A stretch of 28,781 bases of DNA from a virus (taxonomy: Duplodnaviria; Caudoviricetes), in IMG/VR virus record IMGVR_UViG_3300032305_001058, positions 1 to 28,781 of that record. One strand, written 5' to 3'. This document shows positions 8,401 to 17,558 of the stretch, piece by piece. A program made the position numbers and the translations under genes. The notes beneath the pieces are model-generated. The model had not been told where the DNA came from. It was given only the letters and a program-made list of their open reading frames with translations, and did not search any database. Each line of letters opens with the position of its first letter. Position 1 is the stretch's first letter.

Positions 8401-11400
8401 TCGTTTGATTCCAGCGATTTCGCCGTCTTTGATGAATGCCATGCTCATTGCACGGAACACTGATTCGGCTGCTGGTCCGTATGACTGGTCGAAGATGTGT
8501 GAGATGTATGCGAATTCTGCGAATAGGCGTCGTGCTTGTTCGGCTTTGATTGTTGGGCTGTCTGAACCGTTTTCGTTGACTACACGCCATGCTTCAACTA
8601 GTTTGTCCCAGATTTCTTCCATCATGGTGACGCCTGGTTGTAGTGAGTCTTCGACATCTGCTAGGGCACGGGTTGAGTGGATGTCTTGGAAAGTTTTGAT
8701 TACTTCTGGTTTGAAAAGTTCTACAGCCAATTCTTCTGAAAGGGTTTTCATTTCCTTTTTGTAGGCGGGAGATAGTTTGTTTTGTGTTTCACCAACGCTG
8801 CGGATTCGTTTTGCAATCATGTCTACGGTTGGCATGTTTTTTGTGTCAACGCCTTGTAGGACCATTCTGATTGCGTCCATGAGACCTGTGAAGGATACGC
8901 TGTCGTATTTGTTGCCAGTGAATGGGATAATCATTCGTTCAGCGATTTTGTTGAATCCGTGGAGGAATGATGCGTCGATGAAGTCGCCTACTTCTAGGAA
9001 TACTAGGTGGGCTGCTGCGCCTTCTTTTACGGCTGCTGCTTGCTCTTTAACGATGAAGCGTGCACCCATGCCTGCAAGGGTTAGGTCGCTTGCGCTATGG
9101 ATGTCTTCAGCGATTCCTCGTAGAACATTATCTGTGGAGGTTTTGCCTTTAATAACTTTTTCCATTGCACGCCCACGCCAGCGAGATGCTGCTTGAGATG
9201 CAATTTTTGTGCCAAAGTTTTCGTTGAATTCAAGTATGCGTTTTGCTTTGCTGAAGGCGGTCATTTCGCCTTCAATTGAGCGTGCAACTTGGTCGCCAAG
9301 GTTTGAGATTTGGTAAATTGGCATGTTTTCAATCATGTCTCGAATTTCGAAGTCGAGGACACGGCTGACTAGGGTTCCAATGTTTTCGATGTATGCAACG
9401 CCGTTAGTTTCTCGTCGAGACTCTGTGCGTTCGGCAGCCCTTTGGCGGGTCTGTGTTTTTACGGGGTCTGGTACTGGAATTTCGTTGTTTAGACGAGCAA
9501 TGTAGTATGGTGCCAGAACGTCTGCGCCGTTAATGTTTTTGGCTTTGAAAATCATGTCTGGGTTTGTTTTGTCGATTCTGCGACGCATCTCGTTCACGCT
9601 GGCAGCCTGCTTTAGCAGCAGGTCACGGTATGCGTTGAACGCATCTTCGTTAGACATTGCCTTTTCAACTTTGATTTCCAGTTTGCTTTCAGGGTCGAGT
9701 GCCTGAAGAATCTTTTTCAGAGATGCTGTCTCAATCTGGTCTCCAAGTTTCAAACCACGAAGGAGGGCTTCAACATTTTTGTAGTTACCCTTGGCTGCTG
9801 TGCCTGGTGCAGGGAGCATTGCAACAAGTTCATTGATGTCAAGTTTTTTGCCACCAGCGGTAAGGGTTTTGTATTTGTCTGCAAATTCTTTACCAAGTTC
9901 GTTTGTGAGTTGCTGTAAACGAACTTTTTGTAGGTCTTTGCTTGTTCCAACTTTGTTAAAAATAACATCAAATTTTTCAATAATTTGATTCATTACTGTA
10001 GTTGGAATGTTTTTGTCTAGCGGGTATTTTTGGGCGAGGGCTAGAATTGTTGACGCTGCCCCATTTTCGTCTAAGATTGGTATTTCGCTGAGGCTTTTAG
10101 CCAAAATCTGGGCTGGCTTCAAAGATGATTCTGTTAAGCCACGGAAAAATTCGAAGGGTGAAGTTCCTTGTACTCGTGCGGTTGCTTCTTTTGCACGGCG
10201 AATTAAATCAACTGGTAGGTTTTCGATGTAGGCAGTTTGCTGGTCTTTAAATGGGTCAAGAATTCTCTTTAGAACATTTTCCGATTTACCTTCAGCGACC
10301 TTAGTGACCTTAGCAGCCTTAGCAGCCTTGTCTAACTTGCTGAGCACTTCTGCTGCAACTTTAACTTCTGCGTTACTGCTTACAATGCTTGATTCCTTCA
10401 AAGTCTCACGAAGAGATTTACCAGTGTCTACAAGTGGTTGTAGCGTGAAACTTTTGGCAGCAGTTTTTGGTGTTGCTGGTACTGGTGTTTCTGCAACTTT
10501 TGTTGTGGCAGATTCGACTATGTTATCTATGGCTTTGACGGCATCGTCTGCTGCTACAAGTGCAGCGGTTTCGGCAGCCTCAAGAGCCTTAGAGGCTTTG
10601 TTTGCTTTTCTTGCTACGCCAGCAGATTTTGCTGCATAGATTTTTAGTCTACGCTTGGCGATTTCTTGGGTAAAGATGCTTGCTGAAGATTTGATGCCAG
10701 CGTTCAGCATTGAAGACAGCGTGTCACCAATTTTTACAGCAAGCGTGCGATTCTCAGGGGCAAGGGTTGTTGTGTAGGTGAAGCGTTCAATGTTTTTCTG
10801 TGCACCTGCTTGTATTGCTTTTTGTTTTGCAAGGATGCTCTGTTGACGTGGCGTAGCATTGGTTACTTCAGGAACTGGGCCTGTGCCCTTCCATTCTGCG
10901 TAACCTTTTTGAGGTTTACCGTATGTTGGCGTAAATGCTTTGGATGCTGCAGCACCTTCGGTACCAGCCTTCGCTGCAACTTCACCAGTGGTTGCAGCAA
11001 TCTTTCCTGCTTTAGCAACTGTTTTTGTTCCAGTGGTAAGAAGTTTTAACGGAATCTTGATTGCTGCTCCACCAACATAGGTGGTTGGGTCAAGTGCTAC
11101 GTCAAGTGCTAGTGACCCCCAGAATCCTGGGTCTTTGATGCCAGCGTTTTTTAGTACGTCTGCGCCTGTGTCTGGGCGTTCTCCCCAAATCCATTTCAGT
11201 GCATTTAGTTCACCTGCACCGAAGACTGCGCCCGCCCAGTTGCCTTTTTGTGCTGCAGTGATTTTTCCTGTAACGCTGTACATTGGCATGCTTAGGATGT
11301 CAATGACAGATTGTGCTGGACCTAACGGGTTGCCTGGTTTTCCAGCACCACCACTTGCTGCCTGTCCCTGTTTCTGGAATGGCGATACAGCCTTTTTAGT

Positions 11401-11457
11401 AGCACCTTTTGTAGGTTGCACAAAGGGGCTGACTGGTTTTGGTGTTGGAGAAGCCAA
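5440..11457 (-). CDS. Very large internal virion / DNA ejection protein (2005 aa)
   Basis: Last large gene after nozzle and smaller internal proteins as in podoviruses; helical Ala/Lys-rich; N-terminal glycine/hydrophobic segment SLALDVALDPTTYVGG; TTG start with SD-like AGGA. Confidence 0.75.
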   Translation of the reverse strand: MASPTPKPVSPFVQPTKGATKKAVSPFQKQGQAASGGAGKPGNPLGPAQSVIDILSMPMYSVTGKITAAQKGNWAGAVFGAGELNALKWIWGERPDTGADVLKNAGIKDPGFWGSLALDVALDPTTYVGGAAIKIPLKLLTTGTKTVAKAGKIAATTGEVAAKAGTEGAAASKAFTPTYGKPQKGYAEWKGTGPVPEVTNATPRQQSILAKQKAIQAGAQKNIERFTYTTTLAPENRTLAVKIGDTLSSMLNAGIKSSASIFTQEIAKRRLKIYAAKSAGVARKANKASKALEAAETAALVAADDAVKAIDNIVESATTKVAETPVPATPKTAAKSFTLQPLVDTGKSLRETLKESSIVSSNAEVKVAAEVLSKLDKAAKAAKVTKVAEGKSENVLKRILDPFKDQQTAYIENLPVDLIRRAKEATARVQGTSPFEFFRGLTESSLKPAQILAKSLSEIPILDENGAASTILALAQKYPLDKNIPTTVMNQIIEKFDVIFNKVGTSKDLQKVRLQQLTNELGKEFADKYKTLTAGGKKLDINELVAMLPAPGTAAKGNYKNVEALLRGLKLGDQIETASLKKILQALDPESKLEIKVEKAMSNEDAFNAYRDLLLKQAASVNEMRRRIDKTNPDMIFKAKNINGADVLAPYYIARLNNEIPVPDPVKTQTRQRAAERTESRRETNGVAYIENIGTLVSRVLDFEIRDMIENMPIYQISNLGDQVARSIEGEMTAFSKAKRILEFNENFGTKIASQAASRWRGRAMEKVIKGKTSTDNVLRGIAEDIHSASDLTLAGMGARFIVKEQAAAVKEGAAAHLVFLEVGDFIDASFLHGFNKIAERMIIPFTGNKYDSVSFTGLMDAIRMVLQGVDTKNMPTVDMIAKRIRSVGETQNKLSPAYKKEMKTLSEELAVELFKPEVIKTFQDIHSTRALADVEDSLQPGVTMMEEIWDKLVEAWRVVNENGSDSPTIKAEQARRLFAEFAYISHIFDQSYGPAAESVFRAMSMAFIKDGEIAGIKRVLSPEDEEAWGRLRTEINSYFKQAELRGAAPAGREHLPSPTKAAKATAERMYTKARLEIEQHLISITSKTTKQEVANWNRTLTRLAKNLETARNKAWEKWLPTEHWMYDAVNNRVQWVPSTQFDEQLATELANKNRVIVTTDGAANVGNVLHDTNITAKAPKLTAKQEKASAKKIAEAADVRAGELAEGAREDAFVAASKLAQEIRNMTEGEFDAYMRLEQERIMRPLLNAEIKTYLYDPAWKLGAKASKDQQVASRAQNIQKHLSSTAGNSTIQQIAVIAESKLMGAVQNVADVFTDIARRYDKILSAEDFRKGFTLALRRGEAVSPSENGLVNEFAKEMRKVLDPIMEELGPNSTLSRAALDQMFDTLNLNMSLGIKKSSDVTDLTKLLDNLPFTEPTKDIAADTIALAKWNERASAFEKANGKPFVIINSFITAVQNAKTIQTIGLHFAKDFSHVAQGVPAEQALKEGWVELKTVPGSGIDLTVGIPKGMLFPEYMAEGFMFMNRNYSGLIENPIRGWTRTLLDLTGMVKAVQTIVKPSYHIINGVSDSVTSVMQGANHTSDWIAAFKTVKEWVGEDIRAGWGANKTEEKFNRALRRMKGVNSREYQNIVEKGIVTAVINGKTKTFNIEELIKIGEDSGGIINSLFDDRVLNLYDEAISNPIKFGTEAEQVYNKELGKTFQEGVRRAASKFQVTLKPVGDFAAYYGNIARMATTMSVIRRGNFKNDADMLRQISEAVSKYHPTLQSLTAFERKRIRPLTTYYTWLRVAHGAMFKLAMDHTAAVLLYPKVQYELSQEQGYEPTSFGRPWDLKKQAPSFLSNSVFGPITEGPNGPMVWKPSILPMDVLDNYSGFAYDPAYTGEQNVFKGISATQSLVGKNINTILQLPIEFATKTDVRYGTPSTVKDLPTLADRLFSMTAFSGIAQGLGYNPPGKELTDRERELKNISFFVGGKPIDVEKESYQKYSQKEQSARMKAFLEQYQNK

Positions 11458-11486
11458 ACTGAAATCCTATTCCATTAGATAGGTCA

Positions 11487-11492
11487 ATTATA
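11487..11492 (-). promoter_or_regulatory. Putative -10 box for the 2005-aa gene
   Basis: Perfect TATAAT on the minus strand in the 51-nt intergenic gap; no convincing -35. Confidence 0.5.
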
Positions 11493-11508
11493 CGCAGTAA
11501 AAAGCGGT

Positions 11509-12774
11509 TTAGTACATCTGGTCGACGTATGCGGTGACAAACGGCGACAACTTGTTCGCTGTTTGTGGGCTACCTGATTTAATCGAGTTCCAAGCGTTTA
11601 GAATGTCAGCCTTTTTAGGGGTGGTGATTCTTGTTGAGTTTTCAGGGTTTAGTGCTGCCCATGCTGCGCTGTAAGCATCGTTCACTGTGCTTTGGATTTG
11701 GGCGTAGTCAACGTTTGCATCTGCTGCACGCTGCTGAAGACCAAATAAGTCTTTTGTGTACGATGGTTTCTTTGTGGCAGCAGCCTGTGCAGCAGCCTGT
11801 GCTCTGGCTATTGCCTGTTGACGTGCCTGCTCTTCAGCGTACTTGGTGTTCAGAACGTTCTGCTTGCTTCCATAGTTGGTTTGTGCAATCTGAGACTCGG
11901 TGCCAGCCATGTTCTCTTCGATGCCTGCTAAGCGGTCTTCGAGGTTTGCACGGAGTTGTTCTAGTGCTGAAGCCTTTTGGTAGTCGTAACCCTGTACGGC
12001 GCTCTGAACGTCGTTCTGTGCTTGCTGAGACATGACGTTCTGTAACGCAGACCAGGTGGTCTGGTATGCGTTTGCATCTGCAATGCCCTGTTCGGCAGCC
12101 TGTGCAGTTAGTGAGTCGGTTGGGGCAGGCTGACCTGCGGTTCCCATTTCGGCTGCTGCGGTGGCTGCGCCTTGCTGGCCTGCAGCGACGCCTTGGCGTG
12201 CTTCGGCTGTGCGGGCTGCAAGAGCATTCTGCTGTTGTTCAATTGAGGTTTTGAACTGTTGAGCAATCTTTGCTTTGTCTTCTGCACGGACCATGGTTAG
12301 GTTGCCGAAAATGTTTTTGATGTCTGCGGTGTTTTTGCCGTAACGGTCCATTGCGCTGACCTGTTGGTTTTTGTACAAGTCCATAACGGGCTGGTAAACA
12401 GAAGTAGCGTCCTGGAATAGGTCGTTTGCTGTGAAAGGTTTAGGGGCTGCTGGGCGGGTTGTAGGGATGCCTGCAGGAGGAGGGGGAATTTCATTCATTT
12501 TCAGGTTTGCAGCATTTTTGGCTACTAGTTGCTTTTCGGCACCAATTTGCCCCATTGCACCAGGCTGGCCCATTACGCTAGTTGTAGAGGTTGGTGCCTG
12601 AGGTTTAATTGAATAAGGCGATGCAGCCATAGCATAGTTTTTTGCAAACTCGTTAGCAAAGTTTCCAATGTTTTTTCCAGTGTCAGAGAAAAATTTGTTT
12701 ACTCCAGAAAAATCACCAAACATGTCTTTAGTAGAAGGCGTTGGTTTTGGTGTTGGTTTCTTTGGGTCAGCCAT
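11509..12774 (-). CDS. Internal virion / ejection protein, coiled-coil (421 aa)
   Basis: Gln/Ala-rich coiled coil; position between nozzle and giant protein. Confidence 0.65.
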   Translation of the reverse strand: MADPKKPTPKPTPSTKDMFGDFSGVNKFFSDTGKNIGNFANEFAKNYAMAASPYSIKPQAPTSTTSVMGQPGAMGQIGAEKQLVAKNAANLKMNEIPPPPAGIPTTRPAAPKPFTANDLFQDATSVYQPVMDLYKNQQVSAMDRYGKNTADIKNIFGNLTMVRAEDKAKIAQQFKTSIEQQQNALAARTAEARQGVAAGQQGAATAAAEMGTAGQPAPTDSLTAQAAEQGIADANAYQTTWSALQNVMSQQAQNDVQSAVQGYDYQKASALEQLRANLEDRLAGIEENMAGTESQIAQTNYGSKQNVLNTKYAEEQARQQAIARAQAAAQAAATKKPSYTKDLFGLQQRAADANVDYAQIQSTVNDAYSAAWAALNPENSTRITTPKKADILNAWNSIKSGSPQTANKLSPFVTAYVDQMY

Positions 12775-12775
12775 C

Positions 12776-13339
12776 TTATACTCCGTAACGGGCTAGTTGA
12801 GCAGCAAGTGCTTGCTGGATTGCTTGGTTTCTGTAATCCTGACCAACAGTTGTGCCAGTCCAGTCCGTGCCAATAGCACCATAGTTTGCCAAAAAGTTTT
12901 GGTTCAAAGAAGCCAACTGGTCTTTTACGCTAGTCTGTGCAGCAATGTCTGCAGCGTTCGCCTGGTCCTGTGCACGGTAGTAAGCACCATAAGCGCCACG
13001 ACCCATGCCACGGGCAGCGAAGTTACCTGCAAGGTTACGGCGGGCACCTGCAGCGTTCTGCTTCATGCCAGATAGTTGACGGTTTGCAGCGGTGGTCTGG
13101 TTCTGCACTTCTGACAAAGCGTTGGCTCGTGAACGGTTGAACGCTGACTGACCACCTGCCAGAGCCTGCTGGTAAACGGGGTCTGAGTTAATTGAGTAAG
13201 ATTCCGCTGCACGCTGAGCCATTGAAGGGTCGCCACTCATCTGCCCGCCAGCCATTTGTGCTGCACGCTCAGGTGAATAGAACCTGATTGGGCTGTTTGG
13301 GTCTACAGTGTCAGTGGTTTGTGGTACACCGATGGGCAT
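12776..13339 (-). CDS. Internal virion / pilot-like protein (187 aa)
   Basis: DPVYQ...NFAARGMGRG motif and Ala/Gln/Gly-rich helices resembling small podovirus ejection proteins. Confidence 0.6.
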   Translation of the reverse strand: MPIGVPQTTDTVDPNSPIRFYSPERAAQMAGGQMSGDPSMAQRAAESYSINSDPVYQQALAGGQSAFNRSRANALSEVQNQTTAANRQLSGMKQNAAGARRNLAGNFAARGMGRGAYGAYYRAQDQANAADIAAQTSVKDQLASLNQNFLANYGAIGTDWTGTTVGQDYRNQAIQQALAAQLARYGV

Positions 13340-13521
13340 TAGCGTCCCTTCATTTTCATCAAAGCAGCCTTCTTCGCTGCAATACGACGGTCACGGTCAG
13401 CATACCCGCCCATGTCAACAGGTCCACGGGTGGGTGCACCAGACATGTTTGCATACATTTTCTTACCAGCCGAAAAAGGGTTGAACGAGTAAGTGCCGAG
13501 CATGGTGTTCTTCTGCGCCAC
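13339..13521 (-). CDS. Small basic hypothetical protein (60 aa)
   Basis: Fills the gap exactly with 1-nt overlaps at both ends. Confidence 0.75.
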   Translation of the reverse strand: MAQKNTMLGTYSFNPFSAGKKMYANMSGAPTRGPVDMGGYADRDRRIAAKKAALMKMKGR

Positions 13522-15176
13522 TAGTTCGCTCCCTTAGTAATCTTTGCTTTAGCACCAATCAAAGGGATGATGCTAAAAATCTGTACAGGTGAAGTGGACG
13601 CCGTACCGTCGCAAGTCAAGTATAACTCAAAATAGATGCGTCTGAAGCGCAAAGCCTGATTGAGTTTAACCTCCATACGGATGGGGTAGGTGTGTGGGAA
13701 GTTGTCCACAATGGTTGCGATGGCACCTGATGGGGTGGTGATGGCGTCCCATGTGCCGTAGATGGTGTCTGACCCGTCAGTTCGTGATAGTTGGTCCCAA
13801 GTGTAGAAACCTGTTTCGGCGTCAAAGTCTTTAGACAACTCATCCCATGTGGTTTGCAACGTGCTTTCTGGAATGCTCACAGGGTAGGCCACGGCTTTGA
13901 CAGCGTTTGTGGTCTGTATGTCTGCTGCCCAGAAGTATAGGCGTTTCCATTCGACGGGTGCGTTGAAGTCGTAGATTTTGGTGCGTAGTGAACATTCGAA
14001 TGGTTCTGCGCCTTTTGATGTGGTTGGGGCGTCTTCGATGCGCCATAGGCAGAACTTGTTTCCTGTTGGTTCTGTTACTGTTTCGACACCGCTAACACCG
14101 TAGTATGAGGATTCTGTGCCTTGTTCTGAGATGCGTGGCAGTTCAACAAAGTAGGCGATTTTGCTGGTGCTTTCCCACTCTGACCAGGTTTCTGTGTCTA
14201 GGTTGTAGACGTAGATGTTGCCGTCGTGCCATACGATGCAGCGTCTGCCTACGATGCTTACGGCGTGTTGGAAACGGTTGTTGGCTGGATTGTTGCCTGT
14301 GAATTTTACTTTCTGGGCGTTTAGTGGATAGTAGAGCCAGTTTTGGTATTTGTAGAGAATGCCACCTGATAGGACAAAGTGGGCGTTTTCGAATTTGATT
14401 ACTGAGCGTTTGTTTTCGGCCCCGATGTCTTGCTGCATTGCTTGCATGCTGCCCGTTTCGGGGCTGTCACCGTATGAGTAGCGGTAAGTTGAGCGGTTGC
14501 GGAAGATTACTACGTCGCCGTAGCCTTGTGCCATGGCGGTAATCCATTGTCCGTCGCCTACACCGATTTCTACGTAGTAGTAGTTTGAGGTATCGTCGGT
14601 CCAGTCCCAGATGCTGGTGAGTTCGCCTGATGGGCCGAAAGTTGTGATGTCTGACCAGTAAAGGGTTGAGGCTGTGCCCGTGCCTTCGACTCCGTAGCCG
14701 AAGAAACGGTTTTGGAATAGTTCAATACCGCCAAGGAGTGGCATGTTGGTTACTGTGAAGGATGTGCCGTTCCAGTATCCGCCTGGTGTGTAGGTTGAGC
14801 AAAGGACAACTTTGTCGTCGTATTGGGTGCAGTCTGATGCACGGAATGCTGCGATTTGGGTGAATGTGTATGCTTCGACGTTGTATAGCCAAGTTTTTGA
14901 GTCGGTGACGCAGACTAGGAAACGGTCACCGTTTTGTTTGATGTAGGTGCCTAGGATGTCGATTGGTTCGCCTGTGGCTGGGGTTCCTACTACTGTGATG
15001 CCTGTTGATTCTGGGTAGACTGCTGGACGTGAGGTTAGCGCACCGTTGGTTGTAAATTCGAAGTTGATGATGCTGGCTAGTTCGGTGTCGTCAATGGATG
15101 ACTGGTCCCAGTAGTTGTTTAGGCCACCAGTAAAGCGTTGTAGTGTTGCGGAGCGTTCACGAATAGTCCCCGACAT
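13521..15176 (-). CDS. Tail nozzle / head-closure protein (P22 gp10 / T7 gp12-like beta-propeller)
   Basis: FTGGLN N-terminus, GALTSRP, TLYWSD, ITAM...VVIFR, YVYNLDTETWSEW, TKIYDF..P..WKR pattern; follows adaptor gene. Confidence 0.8.
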   Translation of the reverse strand: MSGTIRERSATLQRFTGGLNNYWDQSSIDDTELASIINFEFTTNGALTSRPAVYPESTGITVVGTPATGEPIDILGTYIKQNGDRFLVCVTDSKTWLYNVEAYTFTQIAAFRASDCTQYDDKVVLCSTYTPGGYWNGTSFTVTNMPLLGGIELFQNRFFGYGVEGTGTASTLYWSDITTFGPSGELTSIWDWTDDTSNYYYVEIGVGDGQWITAMAQGYGDVVIFRNRSTYRYSYGDSPETGSMQAMQQDIGAENKRSVIKFENAHFVLSGGILYKYQNWLYYPLNAQKVKFTGNNPANNRFQHAVSIVGRRCIVWHDGNIYVYNLDTETWSEWESTSKIAYFVELPRISEQGTESSYYGVSGVETVTEPTGNKFCLWRIEDAPTTSKGAEPFECSLRTKIYDFNAPVEWKRLYFWAADIQTTNAVKAVAYPVSIPESTLQTTWDELSKDFDAETGFYTWDQLSRTDGSDTIYGTWDAITTPSGAIATIVDNFPHTYPIRMEVKLNQALRFRRIYFELYLTCDGTASTSPVQIFSIIPLIGAKAKITKGAN

Positions 15177-15836
15177 TTAGTAGTCCAATGCGTCAGGCAG
15201 GATGCTTTGGTATAGGTCTGTCTGTGACAGGTTTTCTTTCAAGTTGAGGCGGTCTAGCCCGTCACGGAATTGACGGTTTTTGTAGGATGCTGCGTCGTAG
15301 TTTTCGTCCATTTCGAGGGCTTGTGCAATGACGTAGTTGACCAGTTCGTTGAAGTAGCGGTCTGGGATGGTTAGTGTGCTGCCGAAGGTGGTGATGTTGG
15401 CTGGCACTTTGACGTATTCCATTTTTAGGCCGTTGGTGATGTTCTTGTTTGGCACTGGGTAGAAGGTGATTACGCCCGCACGTTCGTACCAGACTTCTGG
15501 ACGTTCTGCGTCGAGAATTGAAGTCGGGTCGATAGCAATAATGTATTCACGGGCAGCCTGTGGTGACACGTTTTTGATTGGGTAGCCTGAAACGTAGATG
15601 GCTTCAATGGCTAGTACTTTGTCCCCTGGGAATGTGTAGTCCTGTTGGCCTGCGACAATGTTTGAAAGTTTGGTGGCTCTGAGGATTGGGTTTGAGTTGA
15701 CGATTTCTCGTTGACCGTCGTTTATCCAGCGAAGAATGGCAGCATCAGCCAACTGTGCACCTGATACGTCACCGAACTGTGAGCGTACACGGTCTGCGAC
15801 ATCTGTGCCCGTGAGGGTGAATTCTTCTGCTGGCAT
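15177..15836 (-). CDS. Head-tail adaptor / tail tubular protein A
   Basis: RVRSQFGD...ILRWINDGQREI, GQQDYTFP, ITFYPVP, IPDRYFNELVNYVIAQAL pattern; downstream of capsid. Confidence 0.8.
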   Translation of the reverse strand: MPAEEFTLTGTDVADRVRSQFGDVSGAQLADAAILRWINDGQREIVNSNPILRATKLSNIVAGQQDYTFPGDKVLAIEAIYVSGYPIKNVSPQAAREYIIAIDPTSILDAERPEVWYERAGVITFYPVPNKNITNGLKMEYVKVPANITTFGSTLTIPDRYFNELVNYVIAQALEMDENYDAASYKNRQFRDGLDRLNLKENLSQTDLYQSILPDALDY

Positions 15837-15838
15837 AG

Positions 15839-16261
15839 TTACTTCCTAAGAGTTTTTCCATCATGCGACCAAGTGCTTTTGTGTGAACTCATGGCGCTTT
15901 TCAGAATGTCTTTCTTTTCTGCACGCCACTCTTCTTCACGTTTAGCATTGACAGCAGCCTCAGCCATCTCTAACAAGTGTATCTTATTTACCTTAGAATT
16001 TGGGTCATGTGTGTTATTATCCAGCAACCAAGCCACTAGACGGGCGTCGATTTCTGATTCGTACAGGTTGCGAATGTGGTAAGGGGTGCTCATGTTTGGT
16101 TCGTCAACTAGGGCGAATGGGCGTTCTGGGTCGAAAGATGGGTGACCTGGCTCCATGCGGATGAGGCGAACTGTTGGAAAAATGTCTGCGATTACGGCTG
16201 CTATTCTGCGCTGATGCTCGTTGTATAGGCCGTCTATTCGGGCAAAATTTATGTATTCCAT
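15839..16261 (-). CDS. Hypothetical protein (140 aa)
   Basis: ORF between capsid terminator and adaptor, preceded by its own -10 box. Confidence 0.8.
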   Translation of the reverse strand: MEYINFARIDGLYNEHQRRIAAVIADIFPTVRLIRMEPGHPSFDPERPFALVDEPNMSTPYHIRNLYESEIDARLVAWLLDNNTHDPNSKVNKIHLLEMAEAAVNAKREEEWRAEKKDILKSAMSSHKSTWSHDGKTLRK

Positions 16262-16268
16262 AATGTTT

Positions 16269-16274
16269 ATTGTA
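16269..16274 (-). promoter_or_regulatory. Putative -10 box, leaderless transcript
   Basis: TACAAT 7 nt upstream of the ATG at 16261; no SD; directly after the capsid terminator. Confidence 0.6.
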
Positions 16275-16276
16275 CT

Positions 16277-16320
16277 AAAAAACCCCCGCTACTGGGCGAG
16301 ACGGACCACAGTAGCGGGGG
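16277..16320 (-). terminator. Intrinsic terminator after major capsid gene
   Basis: 12-bp stem CCCCCGCTACTG (16283-16294) / CAGTAGCGGGGG (16309-16320) followed on the minus strand by a run of six T. Confidence 0.88.
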
Positions 16321-16334
16321 AGTTTATTTAGTGC

Positions 16335-17558
16335 TTAGAGTTCAGCGATGTTGCTCAACTTAGCGTGTGCGTTACGACGGTAGGTACCTAGTTCTGAGTA
16401 CTGGTACAAACGTGCTTCGTAAGCGTCGGTGTCAGAAACACGTGACCACATTGAACCGTCACGGTCCATCCATGACCAGTCCTTCTTGCGGTTGATAACG
16501 AGTTCCTTGCTTGATAGTGCGTACAAGGTGCCCTTTGGAGCAGCGTAGTCAGATACGAACTTGATTGGCTTACCCAATGCTTCGAATGTGAATGAACGCT
16601 GTCCACCAGTTAGTGCAGCACCGTTTACGAACTGACGTAGACCCTGTAGTAGGTTCCAGTATGAGTTGTAAACACCTGGTGATGCTAGGAATACGTCAAC
16701 GTCGCCACCCTGCTTGTCAACGCTCTGTACGAGGTTGATAAGGTTTAGTTCAGTTAGGGTACCTGGGGTACCTACTGAGCCTAGGGTCTTGATGGTTGAG
16801 TTCCATACTGCAACCTGTGCACCGTCGATGCCGTGTAGCGAGTTACCTGAGCCAACGATTGCACCTAGACCAGTCAATTCCTTGTTGAAAGAGTTGAGGG
16901 TGTTTGATGCACGAACGATGATGTCACCAGCGGTGACTGCAACGTTAGTGTTGAAGGTTACGGTGTTCGCTGTTTCGTCAACTGACAAGACAACGATTCC
17001 TGCGTATAGAACCGTTGGGGTTCCGTCAACAAGGTCGGTTCCTGCTAGTAGGTCGACAACCATGTCTGGCTCAATCCACTGTACGCTGTCGAAGTCGACA
17101 ACTGCGTCAGCGGTTGAGTCAGTGGTCTTTACGACACCAAGGGTACCTGTACCGTTACCGTAAATCTGACGGTTTAGGTCACGAGATAGGTCTCGTTTTA
17201 GGCCCTTGATTTCGTTGTCAACTACGTTGATGAATGAGTTGTAGTTGTCTGCAGCCTGCTCGAACAACTGTCCGTCAACCTCGATAGCACCGTATAGGTT
17301 CTTGAGGTATAGGTGAGCCTGCTTGTACTTCTGAGCGCCAGCGGTTGGTAGTTTCTCACGAATACCACGTGCACCGATGCCCTGGTTGCGCCCAATGTGG
17401 GTATCGAAGATTACTTCTTTACCGTTCTGGGTGATGTTCTGCGCTGAAGCCTCAAAGAACTCCAGTGCTGGGTTTTTGTCCTTCAACTGCATGTGAATGT
17501 CGCCGTAGACGAGTTTCAATGCATCTGAGGCAAATGTCAAAATGCCTTGACCAGCCAT
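16335..17558 (-). CDS. Major capsid protein
   Basis: 407 aa directly after scaffold, strong SD AGGAG, dedicated terminator, HK97-like features (LSRDLNRQIYGNGTG, LTGLGAIV, YEARLYQYSELGTYRRNAHAKL). Confidence 0.9.
   Translation of the reverse strand: MAGQGILTFASDALKLVYGDIHMQLKDKNPALEFFEASAQNITQNGKEVIFDTHIGRNQGIGARGIREKLPTAGAQKYKQAHLYLKNLYGAIEVDGQLFEQAADNYNSFINVVDNEIKGLKRDLSRDLNRQIYGNGTGTLGVVKTTDSTADAVVDFDSVQWIEPDMVVDLLAGTDLVDGTPTVLYAGIVVLSVDETANTVTFNTNVAVTAGDIIVRASNTLNSFNKELTGLGAIVGSGNSLHGIDGAQVAVWNSTIKTLGSVGTPGTLTELNLINLVQSVDKQGGDVDVFLASPGVYNSYWNLLQGLRQFVNGAALTGGQRSFTFEALGKPIKFVSDYAAPKGTLYALSSKELVINRKKDWSWMDRDGSMWSRVSDTDAYEARLYQYSELGTYRRNAHAKLSNIAEL

Noticed and set aside
5440-11457. Tape measure protein or virion RNA polymerase
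   Set aside because: No tail tube or chaperone genes, no periodic aromatic repeats, no DxDGD or T7-type polymerase motifs seen
5762-11482. Many + strand and alternate-frame ORFs within the 2005-aa gene (e.g. 7778-8764)
   Set aside because: Antisense or out-of-frame to a long coherent gene, with no motifs or ribosome binding sites
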